Below are positions 52,231-63,623 of a stretch of DNA of 64,000 nucleotides, piece after piece (positions within the stretch are counted from its first letter, which is position 1; the number at the start of each line of letters is the position of its first letter). The position numbers were made by a program, and so were the translations under genes. The notes beneath the pieces were generated by a model. The model made no database searches, was not told the origin of the DNA, and saw only the letters and a list, made by a program, of their open reading frames with translations. This DNA comes from Escherichia coli (GTDB taxonomy: Bacteria; Pseudomonadota; Gammaproteobacteria; Enterobacterales; Enterobacteriaceae), in NCBI RefSeq assembly GCF_003334315.1, contig NZ_QOWR01000009.1. The stretch is one strand, 5' to 3'.

Positions 52231-54264
52231 ATGACTCAAGTCGCGAAGAAAATTCTGGTGACGTGCGCACTGCCGTACGCTAACGGCTCAATCCACCTCG
52301 GCCATATGCTGGAGCACATCCAGGCTGATGTCTGGGTCCGTTACCAGCGAATGCGCGGCCACGAGGTCAACTTCATCTGCGCCGACGATGCCCACGGTAC
52401 ACCGATCATGCTGAAAGCTCAGCAGCTTGGTATCACCCCGGAGCAGATGATTGGCGAAATGAGTCAGGAGCATCAGACTGATTTCGCAGGCTTTAACATC
52501 AGCTATGACAACTATCACTCGACGCACAGCGAAGAGAACCGCCAGTTGTCAGAACTTATCTACTCTCGCCTGAAAGAGAACGGTTTTATTAAAAACCGCA
52601 CCATCTCTCAGCTGTACGATCCGGAAAAAGGCATGTTCCTGCCGGACCGTTTTGTGAAAGGCACCTGCCCGAAATGTAAATCCCCGGATCAATACGGCGA
52701 TAACTGCGAAGTCTGCGGCGCGACCTACAGCCCGACTGAATTGATCGAGCCGAAATCGGTGGTTTCTGGCGCTACGCCGGTAATGCGTGATTCTGAACAC
52801 TTCTTCTTTGATCTGCCCTCTTTCAGCGAAATGTTGCAGGCATGGACCCGCAGCGGTGCGTTGCAGGAGCAGGTGGCAAATAAAATGCAGGAGTGGTTTG
52901 AATCCGGCCTGCAACAGTGGGATATCTCCCGCGACGCGCCATACTTTGGTTTTGAAATTCCGAACGCGCCGGGCAAATATTTCTACGTCTGGCTGGACGC
53001 ACCGATTGGCTACATGGGTTCTTTCAAGAATCTGTGCGACAAGCGCGGCGACAGCGTAAGCTTCGATGAATACTGGAAGAAAGACTCCACCGCCGAACTG
53101 TACCACTTCATCGGTAAAGATATCGTTTACTTCCACAGCCTGTTCTGGCCTGCCATGCTGGAAGGCAGCAACTTCCGCAAGCCGACCAACCTGTTTGTTC
53201 ATGGCTATGTGACGGTGAACGGCGCGAAGATGTCCAAGTCTCGCGGCACCTTTATTAAAGCCAGCACCTGGCTGAATCATTTTGACGCTGACAGCCTGCG
53301 TTACTACTACACTGCGAAACTCTCTTCGCGCATTGATGATATCGATCTCAACCTGGAGGATTTCGTTCAGCGCGTGAATGCCGATATCGTTAACAAAGTG
53401 GTTAACCTGGCCTCCCGTAACGCGGGCTTTATCAACAAACGTTTTGACGGCGTGCTGGCAAACGAACTGGCTGACCCGCAGTTGTACAAAACCTTCACTG
53501 ATGCCGCTGAAGTGATTGGTGAAGCGTGGGAAAGCCGTGAATTTGGTAAAGCTGTGCGCGAAATCATGGCGCTGGCTGATCTGGCTAACCGCTATGTCGA
53601 TGAACAGGCTCCGTGGGTAGTCGCAAAACAGGAAGGTCGCGATGCTGACCTGCAGGCGATTTGCTCAATGGGCATCAACCTGTTCCGCGTGCTGATGACT
53701 TACCTGAAGCCGGTACTGCCGAAACTGACCGAGCGTGCAGAAGCCTTCCTCAATACGGAACTGACCTGGGATGGTATCCAGCAACCGCTGCTGGGCCACA
53801 AAGTGAATCCGTTCAAGGCGCTGTATAACCGCATCGATATGAAACAGGTTGAAGCTCTGGTGGAAGCCTCTAAAGAAGAAGTGAAAGCAGCTGCCGCGCC
53901 AGTTACTGGCCCACTGGCAGATGATCCGATTCAGGAAACCATCACCTTTGACGACTTCGCCAAAGTTGACCTGCGCGTAGCGCTGATCGAAAACGCAGAG
54001 TTTGTTGAAGGTTCTGACAAACTGCTGCGCCTGACACTGGATCTCGGCGGTGAAAAACGCAATGTCTTCTCCGGTATTCGTTCTGCCTACCCGGATCCGC
54101 AGGCACTGATTGGTCGTCACACCATTATGGTGGCTAACCTGGCACCACGTAAAATGCGCTTTGGAATCTCCGAAGGCATGGTGATGGCTGCCGGTCCAGG
54201 CGGGAAAGATATCTTCCTGCTAAGCCCGGATGCTGGTGCTAAACCGGGTCATCAGGTGAAATAA
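52231..54264 (+). CDS. metG: Methionyl-tRNA synthetase (677 aa)
   Basis: HIGH motif ([16 protein letters not shown]), KMSKS motif, Zn knuckle and C-terminal tRNA-binding domain. Confidence 0.95.
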   Translation: MTQVAKKILVTCALPYANGSIHLGHMLEHIQADVWVRYQRMRGHEVNFICADDAHGTPIMLKAQQLGITPEQMIGEMSQEHQTDFAGFNISYDNYHSTHSEENRQLSELIYSRLKENGFIKNRTISQLYDPEKGMFLPDRFVKGTCPKCKSPDQYGDNCEVCGATYSPTELIEPKSVVSGATPVMRDSEHFFFDLPSFSEMLQAWTRSGALQEQVANKMQEWFESGLQQWDISRDAPYFGFEIPNAPGKYFYVWLDAPIGYMGSFKNLCDKRGDSVSFDEYWKKDSTAELYHFIGKDIVYFHSLFWPAMLEGSNFRKPTNLFVHGYVTVNGAKMSKSRGTFIKASTWLNHFDADSLRYYYTAKLSSRIDDIDLNLEDFVQRVNADIVNKVVNLASRNAGFINKRFDGVLANELADPQLYKTFTDAAEVIGEAWESREFGKAVREIMALADLANRYVDEQAPWVVAKQEGRDADLQAICSMGINLFRVLMTYLKPVLPKLTERAEAFLNTELTWDGIQQPLLGHKVNPFKALYNRIDMKQVEALVEASKEEVKAAAAPVTGPLADDPIQETITFDDFAKVDLRVALIENAEFVEGSDKLLRLTLDLGGEKRNVFSGIRSAYPDPQALIGRHTIMVANLAPRKMRFGISEGMVMAAGPGGKDIFLLSPDAGAKPGHQVK

Positions 54265-54275
54265 TCCCCCTTCAA

Positions 54276-54303
54276 GGCGCTGCATCGACAGCGCCTTTTC
54301 TTT
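54276..54303 (+). terminator. Rho-independent terminator of metG
   Basis: GGCGCTG-catcga-CAGCGCC followed by TTTTCTTT. Confidence 0.75.
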
Positions 54304-54404
54304 ATAAATTCCTAAAGTTGTTTTCTTGCGATTTTGTCTCTCTCTAACCCGCATAAATACTGGTAGCATCTGCATTCAACTGGATAAAATTACAGGGATG
54401 CAGA

Positions 54405-57400
54405 ATGAGACACTTTATCTATCAGGACGAAAAATCACATAAATTCTGGGCGGTGGAGCAACAGGGAAACGAGTTGCATATCAGTTGGGGAAAAGTTGGC
54501 ACCAAAGGGCAAAGTCAGATAAAAAGTTTTTCAGATGCTGCGGCAGCGGAAAAAGCGGAACTTAAGCTGATTGCGGAGAAGGTGAAGAAGGGGTATGTGG
54601 AGCAAGCGAAGGATAATTCTTTGCAACCTTCCCAAACGGTAACGGGCTCTCTCAAGGTAGCGGACTTATCCACCATTATTCAGGAACAACCCTCTTTCGT
54701 AGCAGAAACCCGTGCGCCTGACAAAAATACAGATGCTGTTTTACCGTGGCTGGCGAAAGATATTGCTGTCGTTTTTCCGCCCGAAGTTGTACACACCACG
54801 TTAAGTCATCGCCGCTTTCCCGGAGTTCCTGTTCAGCAAGCAGACAAATTGACCCAATTACGTCGCTTAGCCTGTAGTGTGTCGCAACGGGATAATAAAA
54901 CAGCCACATTTGACTTCAGCGCCTGTTCTTTAGAATGGCAAAACACCGTCGCCCAGGCGATCAGTCAGATCGACGGCCTGAAAACAACACAGTTACCATC
55001 ACCAGTAATGGCTGTACTCACGGCACTTGAAATGAAATGCACAAGATATAAAGTGCGTGAGGATGTTATGGATCAGATCGTCCAGGAAGGCGGTCTGGAA
55101 TATGCTACTGATGTAATAATACACCTTCAACAGATTGATATTGAATGGGATTATGCGAATAATGTCATTATTATTCTGCCGTCTGGCATTGCACCTAGCT
55201 ACTTGGAGCAATATTCCAGATTTGAATTACGCCTACGTAAACATTTATCACTGACGGAAGAGTCTCTCTGGCAAAAATGTGCACAAAAACTTATTGCCGC
55301 AATTCCACATATTCCAGAATGGCGGCAACCATTAATTGCTTTGTTATTACCCGAAAAACCAGAAATTGCACATGAAATTGCCCAGCGTCTACTGGGGCAA
55401 AAAAAATTACCCTCGCTTGAGTGGTTAAAAATAGTGGCGACTGATGAGCACATTCTTGCCTCATTAGAAAAATATCACGAACCATATGCCATTTTTGATG
55501 ATTACTATTGTGGTGCGATATGGTCAGCCACCGTATTACAGGAGCAAGGTGTTGCAGCCCTGCCCCGATTTGCTCCCTATGCCGCAAGTGACTACTGCGC
55601 CGATGTGTTGCGTCATATCAATCATCCGTTCGCATTGACACTGCTTATACGTGTAGCCGGGCAAACTAAACGCTGTCACGATCGGATGACGAAAGCCATT
55701 GCTGCGTTCCCACATGCAGCAATGGCGGCACTGACGGAACTTCTTGGGCAAAAAGAAGAGAACAGTTGGCGCATTATGCTAATGACAATGCTTATCTCAC
55801 AACCAGCACTGGCAGAACAGGTCATTCCCTGGCTCTCGACACCCGCAGTTGCCGTACTGAAATCATGCCAGCAACAACTGACACAGCCCTCAAACCATGC
55901 CAGCGCCGATCTACTGCCAGCCGTAGTAGTCTCCCCTCCCTGGCTTTCGAAAAAGAAAAAATCGCCGATTCCGGTGCTGGATTTAGCGCCATTAGGCATT
56001 GAGCCAATCTGTTATCTGACAGAAGAAATCAGTAATCAACTTTTGGCGAAATATATCTGGTATTCAAAACACATCACGGTTAGCCATGAAGAAAGTACTA
56101 CCAACCTGTTGGCAAGGATGGGTTTTCAACGACGGATCGCTGGTACATATATTAAAGCTCCCGAAGCGGTAGTTGAGGCATGGCTAAATGAAGATTATTC
56201 AACCTTACTAAGTGAATTTAAGGTGTTTCATTCACCTACCGGGCATTATTGGCAGTTGGGGATTTTGACAACATTGCCGCTGGAGAAAGCAGTAAAAGCA
56301 TGGAATGCCCTTACCCTATCTCCACATACCGATACCGAATACTCCATGTTACATTTTGGACTCAAAGGGTTACCTGGGTTAGTAAACTCACTTGCACGCT
56401 ATCCACAAGAAGCCTTGCCCATCACGAATTACTTCGCAGCGAGTGAGCTGGCTCCTGCCGTCGCCCGTGCCTTCAACAAACTGAAAACGCTACGCGAAAA
56501 CGCCCGTAGCTGGCTGTTGAAATACCCGGAACATGCCCTTACCGGCCTGCTGCCTGCGGCGCTCGGCAAAGCCGGTGAAGCACAGGATAACGCCCGCGCT
56601 GCCTTGCGTATGCTTACCGAAAACGGTCATCAGCCATTACTGCAAGAAATCGCCCGACGTTATAACCAGCCGGAAGTAACCGATGCGGTGAACGCTCTGC
56701 TTGCGCTCGATCCCTTAGATAATCACCCGACAAAAATCCCCACTCTTCCGGCCTTTTATCAGCCATCGCTCTGGACGCGCCCGGTATTAAAAGCAAATGC
56801 CCAATCACTGCCAGATAGCGCCCTCCTCCACCTCGGTGAAATGCTCCGCTTCCCTCAGGAAGAGGCTCTGTATCCGGGATTATTGCAGGTGAAAGACGTC
56901 TGTTCCGCCGACTCACTGGCGGGATTTGCCTGGGATCTGTTTACCGCCTGGCAGACCGCTGGCGCGCCGTCGAAAGAGAGTTGGGCGTTCACTGCGTTAG
57001 GCGTTCTCGGTAACGATGACACCGCCCGCAAACTGACGCCATTAATACGCGCCTGGCCTGGTGAATCCCAGCATAAACGCGCCACCGTTGGGTTGGATAT
57101 TCTCGCTGCTATCGGTAGTGATATCGCCCTTATGCAGCTTAACGGCATCGCCCAGAAACTGAAATTCAAAGCATTACAGGAGCGGGCAAAAGAAAAAATT
57201 GCCGACATTGCCGAGAGCCGCGAACTCACGGTGGCGGAGCTTGAAGATCGGTTAGCACCGGATCTCGGTCTGGATGATAACGGTTCGCTGCTGCTGGATT
57301 TTGGCCCACGGCAGTTCACCGTCAGCTTTGATGAAACCTTAAAACCGTTTGTGCGTGATGTTTCCGGCAGCCGCCTGAAGGACCTGCCCAAACCGAACAA

Positions 57401-58199
57401 AAGCGATGATGAAACGCGGGCGAACGATGCGGTTAACCGCTACAAATTGCTGAAAAAAGATGCGCGTACCATCGCCGCCCAGCAGGTAGCAAGGCTGGAA
57501 TCCGCCATGTGCCTGCGCCGCCGCTGGTCGCTGGAAAACTTCCAGCTCTTCCTGGTTGAGCATCCGCTGGTTCGTCACTTAACCCGCCGTCTGATTTGGG
57601 GCGTTTATAGCGCCGAAAACCAGCTACTGGCTTGCTTTCGCGTAGCAGAAGATAACAGCTCCAGCACCGCTGACGATGATCTTTTCACCCTGCCGGAAGG
57701 CGATATCTCTATCGGCACTCCTCACGTTCTGGAAATATCACCAACGGATGCTGCCGCCTTTGGTCAGCTTTTTGCCGACTACGAACTGCTACCACCGTTC
57801 CGCCAGCTCGACCGTAACAGCTACGCCCTGACAGAAGCCGAGCGCAATGCCAGTGAACTGACCCGCTGGGCAGGCAGAAAATGCCCGAGTGGTCGGGTCA
57901 TGGGGCTGGCGAATAAAGGCTGGATAAAGGGCGAACCACAGGATGGAGGCTGGATCGGATGGATGATCAAACCTTTGGGTCGCTGGTCGTTAATCATGGA
58001 AATCGATGAAGGCTTTGCGGTAGGCATGTCGCCAGCCGAACTCAGCGCTGAGCAGCTCTTAAGCAAGCTGTGGCTATGGGAAGGCAAAGCAGAAAGATAT
58101 GGCTGGGGGAGTAATTCAACACAGGAAGCGCAGTTCTCCGTAATCGATGCCATCACCGCCAGCGAGCTAATTAACGATATTGAAGCCCTGTTTGAATAA
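54405..58199 (+). CDS. yehH: Large WGR-domain protein with YehI-like C-terminal region (1264 aa), intact here
   Basis: N-terminal WGR domain (FIYQDEKSHKFWAVEQQGNELHISWGKVGTKGQ); long colinear similarity to YehI (FDLRLRKHLSL, AWDLFTAWQ.AGAP, FGPRQFTV.FDE, FADYE..PPFRQL). Confidence 0.85.
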   Translation: MRHFIYQDEKSHKFWAVEQQGNELHISWGKVGTKGQSQIKSFSDAAAAEKAELKLIAEKVKKGYVEQAKDNSLQPSQTVTGSLKVADLSTIIQEQPSFVAETRAPDKNTDAVLPWLAKDIAVVFPPEVVHTTLSHRRFPGVPVQQADKLTQLRRLACSVSQRDNKTATFDFSACSLEWQNTVAQAISQIDGLKTTQLPSPVMAVLTALEMKCTRYKVREDVMDQIVQEGGLEYATDVIIHLQQIDIEWDYANNVIIILPSGIAPSYLEQYSRFELRLRKHLSLTEESLWQKCAQKLIAAIPHIPEWRQPLIALLLPEKPEIAHEIAQRLLGQKKLPSLEWLKIVATDEHILASLEKYHEPYAIFDDYYCGAIWSATVLQEQGVAALPRFAPYAASDYCADVLRHINHPFALTLLIRVAGQTKRCHDRMTKAIAAFPHAAMAALTELLGQKEENSWRIMLMTMLISQPALAEQVIPWLSTPAVAVLKSCQQQLTQPSNHASADLLPAVVVSPPWLSKKKKSPIPVLDLAPLGIEPICYLTEEISNQLLAKYIWYSKHITVSHEESTTNLLARMGFQRRIAGTYIKAPEAVVEAWLNEDYSTLLSEFKVFHSPTGHYWQLGILTTLPLEKAVKAWNALTLSPHTDTEYSMLHFGLKGLPGLVNSLARYPQEALPITNYFAASELAPAVARAFNKLKTLRENARSWLLKYPEHALTGLLPAALGKAGEAQDNARAALRMLTENGHQPLLQEIARRYNQPEVTDAVNALLALDPLDNHPTKIPTLPAFYQPSLWTRPVLKANAQSLPDSALLHLGEMLRFPQEEALYPGLLQVKDVCSADSLAGFAWDLFTAWQTAGAPSKESWAFTALGVLGNDDTARKLTPLIRAWPGESQHKRATVGLDILAAIGSDIALMQLNGIAQKLKFKALQERAKEKIADIAESRELTVAELEDRLAPDLGLDDNGSLLLDFGPRQFTVSFDETLKPFVRDVSGSRLKDLPKPNKSDDETRANDAVNRYKLLKKDARTIAAQQVARLESAMCLRRRWSLENFQLFLVEHPLVRHLTRRLIWGVYSAENQLLACFRVAEDNSSSTADDDLFTLPEGDISIGTPHVLEISPTDAAAFGQLFADYELLPPFRQLDRNSYALTEAERNASELTRWAGRKCPSGRVMGLANKGWIKGEPQDGGWIGWMIKPLGRWSLIMEIDEGFAVGMSPAELSAEQLLSKLWLWEGKAERYGWGSNSTQEAQFSVIDAITASELINDIEALFE

Positions 58200-58208
58200 G
58201 GAAAGAGC

Positions 58209-61200
58209 ATGGACAAGGAATTACCGTGGCTGGCGGATAACGCCCAACTGGAACTGAAATATAAAAAAGGCAAAACGCCGCTCAGTCATCGTCGCTGGCC
58301 GGGCGAACCAGTGTCCGTTATCACTGGAAGTCTCATCCAGACATTGGGTGATGAATTGCTACAAAAAGCTGAGAAGAAAAAAAACATTGTCTGGCGTTAT
58401 GAGAATTTTTCACTGGAGTGGCAGTCCGCCATCACGCAGGCCATCAACTTGATCGGCGAACACAAACCCTCAATCCCGGACCGGACAATGGCGGCGCTAG
58501 CCTGTATCGCGCAAAATGACAGCCAACAGTTGCTCGACGAAATCGTCCAACAAGAGGGGCTGGAATATGCGACTGAGGTGGTGATTGCACGCCAGTTTAT
58601 TGCGCGGTGTTATGAGAGTGATCCTCTGGTAGTGACATTGCAGTATCAGGACGAGGATTATGGCTATGGTTATCGCTCAGAAACCTATAACGAATTCGAT
58701 CTCCGACTGCGTAAGCATCTCTCTCTGGCAGAGGAAAGCTGCTGGCAGCGTTGCGCCGACAAACTCATTGCCGCACTACCAGGAATAACCAAAGTTCGCC
58801 GCCCTTTTATTGCGCTGATCCTCCCGGAAAAACCAGAAATAGCCAATGAGTTGGTAGGCCTTGAATGCCCGCGAACTCATTTTCATTCTAAGGAGTGGTT
58901 AAAAGTTGTTGCTAATGACCCCACAGCGGTGAGAAAACTCGAACACTACTGGAGCCAGGATATATTTAGCGATCGAGAAGCCAGCTACATGTCGCATGAA
59001 AACCACTTCGGCTACGCGGCCTGCGCCGCCCTTTTGCGCGAACAAGGACTGGCAGCCATTCCGCGCCTCGCGATGTATGCCCATAAAGAAGATTGCGGCA
59101 GTCTGCTGGTACAAATTAACCATCCGCAAGTCATCCGCACCTTGCTACTGGTGGCTGATAAAAACAAACCCAGCCTGCAACGTGTAGCTAAATACCATAA
59201 AAACTTCCCCCATGCGACGCTCGCCGCACTGGCAGAACTGCTGGCGTTAACAGAACCACCAGCCCGCCCTGGTTATCCAATCATCGAAGACAAAAAGCTG
59301 CCTGCACAGCAAAAAGCACGCGATGAATACTGGCGTACGCTGTTACAAACGCTGATGGCATCGCAGCCACAACTGGCAGCAGAAGTGATGCCGTGGTTAA
59401 GTACTCAACCCCAGTCAGTGCTGAAGAGTTATTTATCGGCACCGCCCAAACCGGTTATTGATGGCACCGATAACAGCAATCTGCCAGAAATCCTCGTTTC
59501 ACCACCGTGGCGTAGTAAGAAAAAAATGACAGCTCCACGTCTTGATTTGGCACCGCTCGAATTAACTCCGCAAGTTTACTGGCAACCAGGCGAACAAGAG
59601 AGGCTTGCCGCCACTGAGCCTGCCCGTTATTTCAGCACGGAATCTCTTGCGCAACGCATGGAACAAAAAAGTGGACGAGTTGTATTACAGGAACTGGGTT
59701 TTGGGGATGATGTATGGCTGTTTCTGAATTATATACTCCCCGGAAAACTGGATGCTGCACGCAATTCACTCTTTGTTCAGTGGCATTACTACCAGGGGCG
59801 GGTTGAAGAGATCCTGAATGGCTGGAACTCCCCGGAAGCACAATTAGCAGAACAGGCGCTCCGCAGCGGTCACATAGAAGCGTTAATTAACATATGGGAA
59901 AATGACAACTACTCACATTATCGTCCGGAAAAGAGTGTCTGGAACCTGTATTTATTGGCACAGTTGCCGCGTGAGATGGCTTTGACCTTCTGGCTGCGTA
60001 TCAATGAGAAAAAGCATCTGTTCGCGGGTGAGGACTATTTTCTCAGTATCCTCGGATTGGATGCGCTACCAGGTCTGCTGTTGGCTTTTTCACATCGTCC
60101 AAAAGAAACATTTCCGTTAATTTTAAATTTTGGCGCAACAGAACTGGCGCTGCCTGTTGCCCACGTCTGGCGACGTTTCGCGGCGCAGCGTGATCTGGCT
60201 CGCCAGTGGATTTTACAATGGCCGGAACATACGGCTAGTGCACTTATCCCTCTTGTCTTTACCAAACCCAGCGATAATAGCGAAGCCGCATTACTTGCCC
60301 TGCGTTTACTGTACGAACAGGGACATGGCGAATTGCTACAAACCGTGGCAAACCGCTGGCAGCGTACAGATGTATGGTCTGCCCTGGAGCAGTTGCTTAA
60401 ACAGGGTCCAATGGACATTTACCCGGCACGCATTCCAAAAGCCCCTGATTTCTGGCATCCGCAAATGTGGTCCAGGCCGCGCCTTATCACTAATAATCAA
60501 ACTGTTACCAATGACGCTCTGGAAATTATCGGCGAAATGCTGCGCTTTACCCAGGGGGGACGTTTTTATAGCGGGCTGGAACAACTGAAAACGTTCTGCC
60601 AGCCACAAACGCTGACAGCTTTTGCCTGGGATCTCTTCACTGCGTGGCAACAAGCTGGTGCCCCCGCAAAAGACAACTGGGCATTTCTGGCGTTAAGTCT
60701 CTTTGGTGACGAAAGCACGGCACGGGATCTGACGACACAGATCCTCGCCTGGCCACAAGAAGGCAAATCTGCCCGTGCTGTCAGCGGCCTGAACATCCTT
60801 ACCCTGATGAATAATGATATGGCGCTGATACAGCTGCATCATATATCGCAACGGGCTAAATCCCGCCCCTTACGTGATAACGCGGCGGAATTTCTTCAGG
60901 TGGTCGCAGAAAATCGCGGGCTAAGCCAGGAAGAGCTAGCGGACAGATTAGTCCCAACCCTGGGCCTTGATGATCCGCAGGCGTTGAGTTTTGATTTTGG
61001 TCCCCGGCAGTTTACCGTTCGCTTCGATGAAAATCTCAACCCGGTTATCTTTGATCAGCAAAACGTTCGCCAGAAAAGCGTTCCCCGTTTGCGCGCCGAT
61101 GACGATCAACTGAAAGCGCCCGAGGCACTGGCCCGACTAAAAGGGCTAAAAAAAGATGCTACTCAGGTGAGCAAAAACCTGCTCCCGCGTCTTGAAACGG

Positions 61201-61841
61201 CCCTACGTACCACCCGACGCTGGTCGCTGGCAGATTTTCATTCTCTGTTTGTTAATCATCCCTTTACCCGTCTGGTTACCCAGCGATTAATATGGGGGGT
61301 TTATCCGGCAAATGAACCGCGTTGTTTACTCAAAGCCTTTCGTGTGGCCGCAGAGGGGGAGTTCTGCAATGCGCAAGATGAGCCAATTGACCTGCCTGCG
61401 GACGCTCTGATTGGCATTGCCCACCCGTTAGAAATGACAGCAGAAATGCGCAGTGAATTTGCACAGCTTTTTGCCGATTACGAAATTATGCCGCCTTTTC
61501 GCCAGTTGTCGCGCCGCACGGTGCTGCTCACACCTGACGAGTCAACCAGTAACAGCCTGACTCGCTGGGAAGGTAAATCCGCTACCGTTGGGCAACTTAT
61601 GGGAATGCGATACAAAGGCTGGGAGTCAGGCTATGAGGACGCATTTGTCTATAACCTGGGTGAGTACCGGCTGGTCCTTAAGTTTTCACCCGGTTTTAAC
61701 CACTACAATGTTGATAGCAAAGCGCTAATGAGCTTCCGTTCTCTTCGAGTGTACCGTGACAATAAATCCGTCACTTTTGCCGAACTTGATGTGTTTGATT
61801 TGAGTGAGGCGTTAAGCGCACCTGACGTCATTTTCCATTAA
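58209..61841 (+). CDS. yehI: Large YehH-paralogous protein lacking the WGR domain (1210 aa)
   Basis: Paralog of yehH (shared blocks listed there). Confidence 0.88.
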   Translation: MDKELPWLADNAQLELKYKKGKTPLSHRRWPGEPVSVITGSLIQTLGDELLQKAEKKKNIVWRYENFSLEWQSAITQAINLIGEHKPSIPDRTMAALACIAQNDSQQLLDEIVQQEGLEYATEVVIARQFIARCYESDPLVVTLQYQDEDYGYGYRSETYNEFDLRLRKHLSLAEESCWQRCADKLIAALPGITKVRRPFIALILPEKPEIANELVGLECPRTHFHSKEWLKVVANDPTAVRKLEHYWSQDIFSDREASYMSHENHFGYAACAALLREQGLAAIPRLAMYAHKEDCGSLLVQINHPQVIRTLLLVADKNKPSLQRVAKYHKNFPHATLAALAELLALTEPPARPGYPIIEDKKLPAQQKARDEYWRTLLQTLMASQPQLAAEVMPWLSTQPQSVLKSYLSAPPKPVIDGTDNSNLPEILVSPPWRSKKKMTAPRLDLAPLELTPQVYWQPGEQERLAATEPARYFSTESLAQRMEQKSGRVVLQELGFGDDVWLFLNYILPGKLDAARNSLFVQWHYYQGRVEEILNGWNSPEAQLAEQALRSGHIEALINIWENDNYSHYRPEKSVWNLYLLAQLPREMALTFWLRINEKKHLFAGEDYFLSILGLDALPGLLLAFSHRPKETFPLILNFGATELALPVAHVWRRFAAQRDLARQWILQWPEHTASALIPLVFTKPSDNSEAALLALRLLYEQGHGELLQTVANRWQRTDVWSALEQLLKQGPMDIYPARIPKAPDFWHPQMWSRPRLITNNQTVTNDALEIIGEMLRFTQGGRFYSGLEQLKTFCQPQTLTAFAWDLFTAWQQAGAPAKDNWAFLALSLFGDESTARDLTTQILAWPQEGKSARAVSGLNILTLMNNDMALIQLHHISQRAKSRPLRDNAAEFLQVVAENRGLSQEELADRLVPTLGLDDPQALSFDFGPRQFTVRFDENLNPVIFDQQNVRQKSVPRLRADDDQLKAPEALARLKGLKKDATQVSKNLLPRLETALRTTRRWSLADFHSLFVNHPFTRLVTQRLIWGVYPANEPRCLLKAFRVAAEGEFCNAQDEPIDLPADALIGIAHPLEMTAEMRSEFAQLFADYEIMPPFRQLSRRTVLLTPDESTSNSLTRWEGKSATVGQLMGMRYKGWESGYEDAFVYNLGEYRLVLKFSPGFNHYNVDSKALMSFRSLRVYRDNKSVTFAELDVFDLSEALSAPDVIFH

Positions 61842-61901
61842 AACACAGCGGGCAGTGATGCAACTGCCCGTTATCAACACGACTTACCAGCGGGGAAAGC
61901 G

Positions 61902-62219
61902 ATGATCGTGCAAAAAGAGCTGGTTGCTATTTACGATTATGAGGTCCCTGTACCTGAAGATCCGTTTTCCTTCAGACTTGAGATCCATAAATGCTCTGAA
62001 TTATTTACAGGTTCCGTCTATCGACTGGAGCGATTCCGGCTACGTCCAACATTTCATCAACGTGATCGAGAAGATGCTGACCCGCTAATAAATGATGCGT
62101 TGATTTATATAAGAGATGAGTGTATTGATGAGCGGAAATTACGAGGTGAATCACCTGAAACTGTAATAGCAATTTTTAATCGTGAACTACAGAATATATT
62201 CAACCAAGAAATAGAATAA
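61902..62219 (+). CDS. yehK: Small protein of unknown function (105 aa)
   Basis: Conserved position between yehI and yehL. Confidence 0.75.
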   Translation: MIVQKELVAIYDYEVPVPEDPFSFRLEIHKCSELFTGSVYRLERFRLRPTFHQRDREDADPLINDALIYIRDECIDERKLRGESPETVIAIFNRELQNIFNQEIE

Positions 62220-62525
62220 TATACTCTAAATAATTCAAATTGGTCCGATCCGGCGCACCGTCCCAATGGCCTGGATTATAAATCTCATTATCTTAATTGC
62301 AACGGGGTCCAGCCGTGGTTATAATTCGTTCGTTGGAACACGATGTTGCACAGGCTGTGGTGTTAGGCCTGAAAATAGTAAATAAAAGAACCTGCCTCAC
62401 CAGCAGGTTTTTTTATTTACTGTGATCTGCTTTCCAGATATTTTTCGCTCAAACAACTAATGCGCCAAACATTTATTGCGCGTAAAATATCGTTTATTTC
62501 ATTAATACATTTCAGGGATGAATAT

Positions 62526-63613
62526 ATGTCACCGCAGAATAATCATCTGCAGCGTCCGCCTGCTGCTGTGTTATACGCCGATGAACTGGCAAAATTAAAA
62601 CAAAATGATAACGCACCTTGCCCGCCCGGTTGGCAGTTAAGTTTGCCTGCGGCCCGTGCTTTTATCCTTGGCGACGAAGCGCAAAATATCAGCCGTAAAG
62701 TGGTGATTAGCCCCTCCGCTGTCGAACGTATGTTAGTCACTCTTGCTACCGGCCGCGGTTTGATGTTGGTGGGGGAACCGGGTACCGCAAAATCTCTTCT
62801 TTCTGAATTACTGGCAACCGCTATTAGCGGCGATGCCGGGTTAACCATCCAGGGCGGGGCATCTACCACCGAAGATCAAATCAAGTATGGCTGGAACTAC
62901 GCCCTGCTTATCAATCATGGTCCGTCAACGGAAGCGCTGGTCCCTGCCCCGCTTTATCAGGGAATGCGCGACGGCAAAATCGTCCGTTTCGAAGAGATAA
63001 CGCGTACACCGCTGGAAGTGCAGGACTGTCTGTTAGGTATGCTTTCTGACAGGGTGATGACGGTGCCGGAACTCACTGGTGAAGCCAGTCAGCTCTATGC
63101 GCGAGAAGGCTTTAATATTATTGCCACTGCCAATACCCGCGATCGCGGCGTCAATGAAATGAGTGCTGCGCTAAAGCGTCGCTTCGATTTTGAAACGGTT
63201 TTTCCGATTATGGATTTCGCCCAGGAGTTGGAACTGGTCGCCAGTGCTTCGGCGCGTTTGCTGGCCCATAGCGGTATTCCGCATAAAGTGCCTGACGCGG
63301 TACTGGAATTACTGGTCCGCACCTTCCGCGATCTGCGTGCCAACGGCGAAAAGAAAACGTCAATGGATACACTGACAGCGATTATGTCCACCGCTGAAGC
63401 CGTGAACGTGCCCATGCTGTGGGCGTCCGCGCCTGGTTTTTAGCGAATCGCGCGGGGGAGCCTGCCGACCTGGTGGAATGTATTGCCGGAACCATCGTCA
63501 AAGATAACGAAGAAGATCGCGCGCGTCTGCGCCGTTACTTCGAACAGCGTGTCGCCACACATAAAGAAGCTCACTGGCAGGCTTATTATCAAGCCCGCCA
63601 CCGCCTGCCGTGA
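62526..63613 (+). pseudogene. yehL: MoxR-like AAA+ ATPase YehL, apparently frameshifted near 63407-63443 (or an indel error in this sequence)
   Basis: Walker A GEPGTAKS and AAA core in frame 1 ending at 63443; the C-terminal continuation is in another frame to 63613. The intact product would be about 362 aa. Confidence 0.7.
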
Positions 63614-63623
63614 GGAAAGATGC

